From IMG/VR virus record IMGVR_UViG_2695420676_000012: a stretch of 36,271 nt of DNA; one strand, written 5' to 3'. How positions within the stretch are numbered: position 1 is the stretch's first letter; every line of letters begins with the position of its first letter. Positions 1 through 6,831 of the stretch are shown piece by piece. The notes below the pieces were generated by a model. That model searched no databases and had not been told where the DNA came from. It saw nothing but the letters and a program-made list of their open reading frames with translations. The position numbers were made by a program, and so were the translations under genes. The stretch is from a virus. Taxonomy: Duplodnaviria > Heunggongvirae > Uroviricota > Caudoviricetes.

Positions 1-273
1 ATGAACATCGGTAAAGCAATCATCAACTACGCAGCACGTCGCAACATGGACATTACCTTGATTGGTGATGAGGCCGTGGCGTTCTGGGAAGCGGATAACG
101 ATTGTGAATGGATGTTCTCCTACATGATTGGTAATGATGGTTTCCTCCACTTTAAAGGCAATGTGTATCTGCCGCAGGAGATTAAAGAAGAATTACCGGC
201 GTGCATCGATACAGACAAGAAGCTGAAAGAAGTAATCAACTTTATCGCTAAAGAGTTTATCAGCAAGAAGTAA
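1..273 (+). CDS. hypothetical protein (90 aa); possibly 5'-truncated at the window edge
   Basis: ORF from track; ATG at position 1, so the true start may lie upstream; no recognisable motif. Confidence 0.35.
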   Translation: MNIGKAIINYAARRNMDITLIGDEAVAFWEADNDCEWMFSYMIGNDGFLHFKGNVYLPQEIKEELPACIDTDKKLKEVINFIAKEFISKK

Positions 274-285
274 GGCAGCAAAACA

Positions 286-672
286 ATGTTCAATATCATG
301 ATTCGTAAATTTGGTGAGATGACTTTCGAGAAAGCTGGTGTTGCGCGTACAGAAGAAGAAGCAATGGCCTTAGTTCTGGTAGCACTGAGATCATCACCTG
401 AGATTATCGACGCTGAATATGTTGCGGCTGAGGGTGAGATTAAAGAGATTAAAGCGGTTGCTAAGGAATTAGGTGTTAAAGGTTTCCGTAAGCTGAAACT
501 ATCCCGCGAGACTTATGTCATTGGACAGCAAGGACAATACCTAGATGAGAATAGCGCGATTGTCCTACTGAATAAGATCACCCGCTATGGTTTCCAGATT
601 GAGCAATATAAAACGTGTTTCGAATTATACGAAAAAGGTTTGCTGGATACTCTGACCATCGTTCGTGCTTAA
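286..672 (+). CDS. hypothetical protein (128 aa)
   Basis: ORF from track; weak SD-like AAGGCAG upstream of ATG; followed by a hairpin plus T-run. Confidence 0.45.
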   Translation: MFNIMIRKFGEMTFEKAGVARTEEEAMALVLVALRSSPEIIDAEYVAAEGEIKEIKAVAKELGVKGFRKLKLSRETYVIGQQGQYLDENSAIVLLNKITRYGFQIEQYKTCFELYEKGLLDTLTIVRA

Positions 673-687
673 TTAATTTCTAATTTG

Positions 688-714
688 GTGGGTGTAATTC
701 CCACCGCTTTTTAA
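688..714 (+). terminator. Rho-independent terminator candidate
   Basis: 'ggtggg-tgtaatt-cccacc' stem-loop followed by 'gcttttt' directly after the 286-672 ORF. Confidence 0.5.
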
Positions 715-980
715 ACTGGAGAATCAAACATGTTAGCTTTTATCTCATTCGTGGGAGGTAGTCTCACAACTATGATTAGTCTTTCTTATATTGTCGTTAG
801 TATGGGGTGAGCAATGAAACAATTTCATGATGGCATTTCATCCAAGACATTCAAGAAAGAATATAGCGGATTGTGTATTAACTGGATTGATTTGATTGGT
901 GCGGTTGTGTTTGGTCTGGTAATTAGCATCAATTTTTAACGATATAAATATATCGTAATTCATTCAAAGAGGATTCAATT

Positions 981-1322
981 ATGAAAAAGACTATCTACGC
1001 AATTATTGTTTCTGTGTGTGTTGGTGGCATCGGTGGATTTGTTTGTGGGTATGACTATTCCGATACTCAACATCAAGAGACTATCCGGTCAAATAAGGCC
1101 GAGATTAAGGATCTGAATCAGGAGATTAGCCAGTTAGAAAATGCTCTCTCACTCAAAGACAGTGAATATAGCGAGGTTTATGCAGATAAACAAAAATATT
1201 GGAAAGAGAAAGATAATCTCGTTGTTTACGGGATGAAATTGTGTAAGAGCATGAAGGACGAGCGCAGTTGTTTAATGGAACTTGCCCTTAAAGGTAACGT
1301 GACCATCGACTTCAAAGACTAA
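981..1322 (+). CDS. membrane-anchored coiled-coil protein (113 aa; N-terminal TM then coiled coil, Rz/i-spanin-like topology)
   Basis: Hydrophobic N-terminus 'IYAIIVSVCVGGIGGFV' followed by heptad-like charged region; SD 'AAAGAGGA' 7 nt before ATG; TATAAATA box at 943-950. Confidence 0.5.
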   Translation: MKKTIYAIIVSVCVGGIGGFVCGYDYSDTQHQETIRSNKAEIKDLNQEISQLENALSLKDSEYSEVYADKQKYWKEKDNLVVYGMKLCKSMKDERSCLMELALKGNVTIDFKD

Positions 1323-1351
1323 TTAATTCAAATAACAAAGAGGATTCTATT

Positions 1352-1597
1352 ATGAAAAAGATTATCGCTGGTATCGTTCTTGCTCTGGGTTTGGTTGGTG
1401 CTGCAAATGCCGAACAATATGTACAGGGTGATAGTGTCAAGCGTGCTGCCGTTGCACCTTCTTTAAATCAACTGTGTACTGAATTAGCACAGGTTGCCGG
1501 AGTTGGTGACGATGACGACTTTATTACTGCGTGTGTATGGAGTCATATCGAGGATATTAATAAACGTGATGCAAAACTAACTGGAAAGAAATATTAA
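1352..1597 (+). CDS. small secreted protein with Sec-type signal peptide (81 aa)
   Basis: N-terminus 'MKKIIAGIVLALGLVGAANA-EQ' looks like a cleavable signal peptide (no lipobox Cys); SD 'AAAGAGGA'; leader nearly identical to that of the preceding gene. Confidence 0.5.
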   Translation: MKKIIAGIVLALGLVGAANAEQYVQGDSVKRAAVAPSLNQLCTELAQVAGVGDDDDFITACVWSHIEDINKRDAKLTGKKY

Positions 1598-1613
1598 TGA
1601 CTTACTAACCAAT

Positions 1614-1653
1614 GCCCCTATCGTTATAATACGCGGTAGGGGCGTTTTTGTTT
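1614..1653 (+). terminator. terminator-like hairpin plus T-run
   Basis: 'gcccctA...Taggggc' inverted repeat followed by 'gtttttgttt'; overlaps the TTG-initiated extension of the recombinase ORF. Confidence 0.4.
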
Positions 1654-1662
1654 GGAAATGGT

Positions 1663-3342
1663 ATGAAAACTAAACTGTATTCGTATATTCGCTTCTCGTC
1701 TATGCGTCAGAATGATGGTTCGAGTTATGAACGACAAATCAGGATGGCGAGAGAGGTTGCGGCAAAGTATGACCTTGAACTGGTAAATGATTATCAGGAT
1801 CTGGGTGTATCTGCGTTTAAGGGTGCTAACTCCAAAACAGGGGCGCTATCTCGTTTCCTTGATGCAATAGGTAGATCCGTTCCTGTTGGTAGCTGGCTAT
1901 TCATCGAAAACTTGGACCGTTTATCCCGTGCCGATATTGTCAGTGCGCAGGAGTTATTCCTTTCAATCATCCGTAGGGGGATAACCATTGTTACTGGCAT
2001 GGATAACAAGATCTACTCGCTGGATACTGTTACCGCTAACCCGATGGACCTGATGTTCTCCATCCTTTTATTCATCCGTGGTAATGAGGAAAGCCAGACT
2101 AAGCGCAATCGTACTAACTCAAGCGCACTGATTAAGATTAAAGCCCATCAAGAAAATCCCCAGAATCCGGCAGTGGCAATCGAGGAAGTTGGAAAGAATA
2201 TGTGGTGGACTGATACCACTTCCGGTTATGTGTTGCCTCATCCTACATACTTCCCTGTTGTTCAGGAGATTGTGGAATTACGGAAGAATGGACGTTCAAC
2301 CGCCGAGATACTGGATCACCTTAACGAGACATATACACCGCCACCAGCGGTTAGTAATAAGAAGCATTCAAAATGGTCACGGGCAATGGTTGAAAGGTTG
2401 TTCCATACCCGCGCTTTGATTGGTATCAAGGAGGTCTCTGTCGATGGTGTTAACTATGAGTTAAAGGATTATTACCCTCGTGTTATTGATGATGCTACGT
2501 TCTATCACCTTAAGAAAAATATTGGTGCTAGAGCATGGAACTTTGGAGACAAGGAAGAAGTTAAACCGATCCCCCTGCTTAGTGGTATTGGCCTATTGAA
2601 ATGTGATCATTGCGGTTGCGCTATGGTTAAAGTGAAGGGAACGAACAAACGTTCTGACCAGTATCGTTATACATGTGATGCGACCCGTTCACGTAGACTT
2701 GATTGCGAGCATCCAAACTGGAGTTTTCGAGGTGATCAATTAGAGAAAGCTGTATTGCAATTGCTGGCTGATAAAATCTGGATTGCTGAGGACAAGGCTA
2801 ATCCGGTTCCGGCGTTGAAAGTACAGGTTGATGAAATATCACGCAAGATTGATAACCTGATTGCCCTTTCTGCTATGACAGGAGCAACGAAGGAGTTAGC
2901 CGATCAGATTACTACCCTCAATAGCGAGCGTGAAACACTCTACAATCAGATCAAGATGGCAGAAGAGGAAATGTATTCTGTGGACTCTCAAGGCTGGGAG
3001 AAGCTCGCAGAATTTGATTTAGAAGATGTTTATAACGAGGAACGACTAAAGGTCCGGTTTAAGATTAAGCAAGCTCTAAAGCGGATCGGGTGTAGCAGGA
3101 TTGACAGGAATAAAAACTTGTTTGTACTGGAATACATCGATGGAAAGACCCAGAGAGTTGTAATAGAAAATTCAAGAGGAACGAGGAAAGGACAAATCTT
3201 TGTCGATTTGAAAACTATCAATGATAGGCAGATTCTGGAGAGTAACGGGCTTGTTTTGCATCCATGTTTAGACATGCTGACAGATAAGAACTGGAAACCA
3301 GAAGAGGAAATACCAGGTCCATTACAGGAATTTGGAATTTAA
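1663..3342 (+). CDS. large serine recombinase (integrase/resolvase family)
   Basis: N-terminal resolvase catalytic motifs 'YIRFSSMRQ' and 'GVSAF...LFIENLDRLSR'; downstream Cys cluster 'CDHCGCAM...YRYTCD...LDCEH' (zinc ribbon) and coiled-coil segment; track ORF opens at 1648 with TTG, first ATG at 1663. Confidence 0.8.
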   Translation: MKTKLYSYIRFSSMRQNDGSSYERQIRMAREVAAKYDLELVNDYQDLGVSAFKGANSKTGALSRFLDAIGRSVPVGSWLFIENLDRLSRADIVSAQELFLSIIRRGITIVTGMDNKIYSLDTVTANPMDLMFSILLFIRGNEESQTKRNRTNSSALIKIKAHQENPQNPAVAIEEVGKNMWWTDTTSGYVLPHPTYFPVVQEIVELRKNGRSTAEILDHLNETYTPPPAVSNKKHSKWSRAMVERLFHTRALIGIKEVSVDGVNYELKDYYPRVIDDATFYHLKKNIGARAWNFGDKEEVKPIPLLSGIGLLKCDHCGCAMVKVKGTNKRSDQYRYTCDATRSRRLDCEHPNWSFRGDQLEKAVLQLLADKIWIAEDKANPVPALKVQVDEISRKIDNLIALSAMTGATKELADQITTLNSERETLYNQIKMAEEEMYSVDSQGWEKLAEFDLEDVYNEERLKVRFKIKQALKRIGCSRIDRNKNLFVLEYIDGKTQRVVIENSRGTRKGQIFVDLKTINDRQILESNGLVLHPCLDMLTDKNWKPEEEIPGPLQEFGI

Positions 3343-3379
3343 GCGGCCTAAATCGACGTATAACGAGCTAAACACTTTA

Positions 3380-3404
3380 AGGGGTACATCTGTACCCCTT
3401 TTTA
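3380..3404 (+). terminator. Rho-independent terminator (also candidate att-core palindrome)
   Basis: 'ggggtaca-tc-tgtacccc' perfect 8-bp inverted repeat followed by 'ttttt', directly 3' of the recombinase gene. Confidence 0.5.
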
Positions 3405-3415
3405 ATTTAATTGTA

Positions 3416-4414
3416 TTAAAGAGCCTCTAAAGGGCTTAAATCGAGTTCTAAGTCTTCCGGTGTTAAATCAGCTAACGGTGCATTCATCCACTGCGATAAA
3501 TCTCGTTCTATGTCTTCATCACTAATGTAGTTGTTCAGATTGATTGCGTTGGTATCATCAAAATACATTGGCTTAGATGGGTTGGTGTGGATGTATTCAT
3601 TGATGAATGATTTAACATCTTTCAGCTTGCTAATCGGTAGCGTTTCTGTGAATCCGCTATTCATTACCTTACGTGGGATTTTCTTGCCCTGAATATTCTT
3701 TTTAATCCCCATTTCTAAATCACCAGCTTTCCATCCAATGTTAAACAAATGTGAGCATTCAAAGGTGATTTTCTCGCTGGTGTGCTTCTGGTGTTCTCTT
3801 ACCCGTTGCATCGGATCTTTGCGAGTGGTAATTCCATATTTGAAAAACTTCTCGCCAACACGAATTAGATAAAAGTGCATAGGGCGCTGTGCAAACTTGT
3901 TTCTGATAACCTGTTTTCTACCATTCTGAATTGATTTAAGTACCCCCCTAACCAAAGGGCATGTTAACCCGCCTTGTCTGCGGTTATTGTGTAAATCACC
4001 TTTCTTGTGAATCTTTCCGTGGCACTTACAACGAAGAATTAGTTTAGTGTCAACACCCTGATAAGGTTCAGCCAGACCTAACACATCCCACCCTATCGGC
4101 TTGTAGAACTTGCGAGCGTTTTCTAAGTGTTCTTCTTCGGTAAATCTAAACTTCTTCTTAGGCGGTGATACTCTATCTTTGCCAGTAAACTGACCAGTTA
4201 GAACATGACTAATACATGGCGTTTTAACCTTTCCGTTAACTTCTATGCAAACTTTGGTGTTCTGGAATGGTTTCTTTACAGGAAGCACAAAACCACTGTA
4301 TAACCATCCATGCGCTTGACAAACTTTAATGATTCTGGTTTCATATTCGACCGGAGGGGTCGCACGTTTGCTTTTTGCGGTAAATTCGATATCCTTTGCT
4401 AAAGTAGTATTCAT
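3416..4414 (-). CDS. GIY-YIG-like nuclease domain protein (candidate free-standing homing endonuclease), 332 aa
   Basis: Central segment 'FYLIRVGEKFFKYGIT...RVREH...ITFECSHLF...LEMGIKKNI' resembles the GIY / YIG / Arg / FECS / Glu spacing of I-TevI-type nucleases; Cys/His-rich N-terminal part; SD GAGGA before ATG. Confidence 0.4.
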   Translation of the reverse strand: MNTTLAKDIEFTAKSKRATPPVEYETRIIKVCQAHGWLYSGFVLPVKKPFQNTKVCIEVNGKVKTPCISHVLTGQFTGKDRVSPPKKKFRFTEEEHLENARKFYKPIGWDVLGLAEPYQGVDTKLILRCKCHGKIHKKGDLHNNRRQGGLTCPLVRGVLKSIQNGRKQVIRNKFAQRPMHFYLIRVGEKFFKYGITTRKDPMQRVREHQKHTSEKITFECSHLFNIGWKAGDLEMGIKKNIQGKKIPRKVMNSGFTETLPISKLKDVKSFINEYIHTNPSKPMYFDDTNAINLNNYISDEDIERDLSQWMNAPLADLTPEDLELDLSPLEAL

Positions 4415-4456
4415 AGTAGTGAATCCTCAATAAAATAATATTCACTACTATTTATA
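4414..4456 (-). promoter_or_regulatory. TATAAATA box plus 11-bp hairpin occluding the RBS/start codon of the 3416-4414 gene
   Basis: Minus-strand 'TTATAAATAgtagtgaat[loop with GAGG]attcactactATG'; perfect 11-bp inverted repeat 4414-4424 / 4440-4450. Confidence 0.45.
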
Positions 4457-4460
4457 AGAA

Positions 4461-4832
4461 TTAATTATTGTAGTTTTGGAAACCAGTAAGATCGCAAAAT
4501 GAATCAGTGTCATGTGCTGGGGAACGATGTTCTGCTTCGTCAGAGAAAATGTTGGCTACCGGAGATTCCACTTTAACTTCCGGTGCTTCTTCAACATCTG
4601 ACTTAACTTCTTCGACCACTGGTTCAACTGCTGGAGATTCTTCTTTTGTTTCTTCAATGACGATCTCAGGTTCTTTCATTGCTTCAACCAGAGACGGATC
4701 AACTTCGTCGAATACAACTTTATCATCTGCGGTATATTTGTCTATAATGAAAAAATGGTCAGAAATATAGCTAACGTCGCCAGCATATTCTAACAAAAAA
4801 GCGCCTCTGGTGGGCGCTTTTGTTTTATCCAT
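4461..4832 (-). CDS. acidic hypothetical protein (E/V/P-rich); start uncertain
   Basis: Track ORF 4461-4862 starts with TTG and overlaps the peptidase gene and a hairpin; first in-frame ATG at 4832; codon usage matches neighbours better than the antisense S/T-rich ORF. Confidence 0.35.
   Translation of the reverse strand: MDKTKAPTRGAFLLEYAGDVSYISDHFFIIDKYTADDKVVFDEVDPSLVEAMKEPEIVIEETKEESPAVEPVVEEVKSDVEEAPEVKVESPVANIFSDEAEHRSPAHDTDSFCDLTGFQNYNN
4800..4827. terminator. bidirectional terminator-like hairpin
   Basis: 'agcgcc-tctggtg-ggcgct' flanked by A-run upstream and 'tttgtttt' downstream, at the 3' end of the peptidase gene. Confidence 0.45.
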
Positions 4833-5178
4833 TCCACCGTGATTTTTTTGATCTGGAATCAATATGCGTAAAGGTTTTATATTTTCCTAAGCCGTATTGA
4901 GTAGGATATTTCCCATCAAGATAAGCATGAACAATATCAGGAGAAATTCCTTTCACCGATATGTCAGCCGCGCGGCCTCGAACGTGATAGCTATTGGCTG
5001 CCCCGCCTACATTCTTGTTATGAGTCGGGCAACGGTTGCCACTGTTAATAATCACTGGTTTACCGAAGTGCTCTCGTACATCCTCAAGAATCACCAGTAA
5101 TTCAGCGTCGATTGTATCATAATCACATTTTCCGCATTTACATTTAAATTCCTTGCGAGAAAAATGCTTACTTAACAT
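4825..5178 (-). CDS. peptidase M15 family zinc peptidase (D-Ala-D-Ala carboxypeptidase-like), probable endolysin
   Basis: 'FSRKEFKCKCGKC...' then 'SGNRCPTHNKNVGGAANSYHVRGRAADI', the hallmark SG(Y/N)R..HN...S.H..G.A.D signature; SD 'AAGGGGGT'. Confidence 0.75.
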   Translation of the reverse strand: MLSKHFSRKEFKCKCGKCDYDTIDAELLVILEDVREHFGKPVIINSGNRCPTHNKNVGGAANSYHVRGRAADISVKGISPDIVHAYLDGKYPTQYGLGKYKTFTHIDSRSKKSRWNG

Positions 5179-5187
5179 ATTACCCCC

Positions 5188-5535
5188 TTAGATATATTGC
5201 ATAAGATAGCCGGTAAATCTAAGTCCCTTGATATAATAGTTAGTTGTCCCTACACACACCGCGCGTGTATCGCCAATACAATTGAAGTTGTAAGGATTAA
5301 CTACATCAATCTCCTGCCCTACACGAAAGCGATACTTAGGACGTTTAGCGAGTGTCGCAACACAAAACACTAGCCCGTTACCATCATCGCGGATCATCTG
5401 CTTGAATTGTTTATGTTGGACTCTCTTCGCCTCAAAATCATAGGTCATTGATTCTGGGCTAATGCCATTGATAAAAATACCGGAAAGCTGGTCGACCGGA
5501 TAAGTAGGAAATTCAGTGAAAATATTTTTAGCCAT
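5188..5535 (-). CDS. hypothetical protein (115 aa)
   Basis: ORF with SD 'GGGGGT' 6-7 nt before ATG; no recognisable motif. Confidence 0.5.
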   Translation of the reverse strand: MAKNIFTEFPTYPVDQLSGIFINGISPESMTYDFEAKRVQHKQFKQMIRDDGNGLVFCVATLAKRPKYRFRVGQEIDVVNPYNFNCIGDTRAVCVGTTNYYIKGLRFTGYLMQYI

Positions 5536-5573
5536 GTTATACCCCCATAAGTTTCTATGAGGGTATTTATGGA

Positions 5574-6257
5574 TTAAACGTATTTCATGCGCGATTTAAT
5601 GTGCTTATTGATGTTTTCAAGCATCATTGCTTCGTTGCTTTCCCACGATCCTAGCGTCGAATAACGAGTAGAAATTTTATCCGATTTAACGGCAACAATT
5701 CGCTTGCTCTGTTTCTGTATGCGTTTCTCTAAGCGACGTTTTGCCACCGCCGATCCATTCCTAGCGCGTTTGGTTCGGGATTTCTTAGGCTTGTACTTCT
5801 TCATGATAAAAGTCCCTTCCTTGTTCTCTACCTTGATGAAGTTGCCGTTTTCGAGGTTACGCATCATCTTACCGCCTTTGATGGCCTTAATGTTCCCGTG
5901 GGCGTCTAAGACCTTACCGTTGGCGATTGGAACTAGCTTATTGATTTTGCCCCCATCGAAATAGTGTTTCAGATAGTCGTCCTGACTGCCGATCTTCTTA
6001 TCCTTATCCCTTGCGCCCTTGATGAAGATTTGGTGTCTCGTCCCTGATCGGTTCTTGTAGTTGGTATTACCTACAGCTTGCTGAGTCCAGCGAGTAGGTC
6101 TATCAACATTCTTGTTAATCTTCTTCTGGAGTGCTCTGGAAGCAAAGATCGCCCCTTCCCCTATCGCCCTTTCGAATGTATCGGTTGCCTTTTCAGACCA
6201 TTGCCTCAACGCTTTCTTAGTCCTTAGAGCGTTTCGTTTATTGGTACTGGTTGCCAT
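5574..6257 (-). CDS. highly basic (K/R-rich) hypothetical protein, 227 aa
   Basis: ORF with SD 'AGGGGG'; start ATG overlaps the stop of the upstream small ORF (TAAcATG). Confidence 0.5.
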   Translation of the reverse strand: MATSTNKRNALRTKKALRQWSEKATDTFERAIGEGAIFASRALQKKINKNVDRPTRWTQQAVGNTNYKNRSGTRHQIFIKGARDKDKKIGSQDDYLKHYFDGGKINKLVPIANGKVLDAHGNIKAIKGGKMMRNLENGNFIKVENKEGTFIMKKYKPKKSRTKRARNGSAVAKRRLEKRIQKQSKRIVAVKSDKISTRYSTLGSWESNEAMMLENINKHIKSRMKYV

Positions 6258-6258
6258 G

Positions 6259-6429
6259 TTAGCCCCCTAATAACGAAAAGACCCCCGCCAGTGTCCTTAG
6301 CAATTGTTCATCCACGGTCATAGCCGGGAGTTCAAGCCCAAAGGACGTTAGCAGAGGTCTAATAGCTACGTTATAAGTGAGGGCGACAATCAAGAGATAA
6401 CCAAAATATTTCTTAAGTTTATTCTTCAT
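6259..6429 (-). CDS. small membrane protein (56 aa), not in the ORF track; holin-like size
   Basis: Manual translation 'MKNKLKKYFGYLLIVALTYNVAIRPLLTSFGLELPAMTVDEQLLRTLAGVFSLLGG'; SD 'AAAGGGGTG' upstream. Confidence 0.35.
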   Translation of the reverse strand: MKNKLKKYFGYLLIVALTYNVAIRPLLTSFGLELPAMTVDEQLLRTLAGVFSLLGG

Positions 6430-6447
6430 ATATTCACCCCTTTATTA

Positions 6448-6726
6448 TTATTTTTGTTTGAGTATGTCGAGAACTTGGTCAAATTTGGCGTCCATCGCAA
6501 CCACTTTCTTCTCTATACCGTGTAGTGTTTGTTCCATTTGGTAAACACGTTCAGCAATCTGAGTATGGTTATTCTGCATCGTCTCAAACTTCTGGTTTAA
6601 CAATGCGTCGCTGGATTCCAATTTCGACAATCTATTTTCTGTAGCTAATTGATTTCGGTGAAGTCTCCAAAGCCCACCACAAATTAAGGCGATAACACCG
6701 ATACCGCCATATATAATTTCAGTCAT
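6448..6726 (-). CDS. membrane-anchored coiled-coil protein (92 aa; i-spanin-like topology)
   Basis: N-terminal TM 'IIYGGIGVIALICGGLW' followed by coiled-coil-like region; SD 'GGGGG' before ATG. Confidence 0.5.
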   Translation of the reverse strand: MTEIIYGGIGVIALICGGLWRLHRNQLATENRLSKLESSDALLNQKFETMQNNHTQIAERVYQMEQTLHGIEKKVVAMDAKFDQVLDILKQK

Positions 6727-6771
6727 TACGCCCCCGATATTTTTATATAATTTAATGGCAGAATTATTTAG

Positions 6772-6814
6772 ATAAAAATAATCCCGCCTAACTCAAAAGA
6801 ATTAAGCGGGATTA
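6772..6814 (-). terminator. Rho-independent terminator after the J-like gene
   Basis: ~10-bp stem 'atcccgcCtaa / ttaagcgggat' followed on the minus strand by a T-run. Confidence 0.5.
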
Positions 6815-6831
6815 ATTATTAGAATTAAATT

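Noticed and set aside
4507-4770. Plus-strand 87-aa Ser/Thr-rich ORF
   Set aside because: Antisense to the acidic-protein gene on the strand used by all neighbouring genes; low-complexity translation and no SD.
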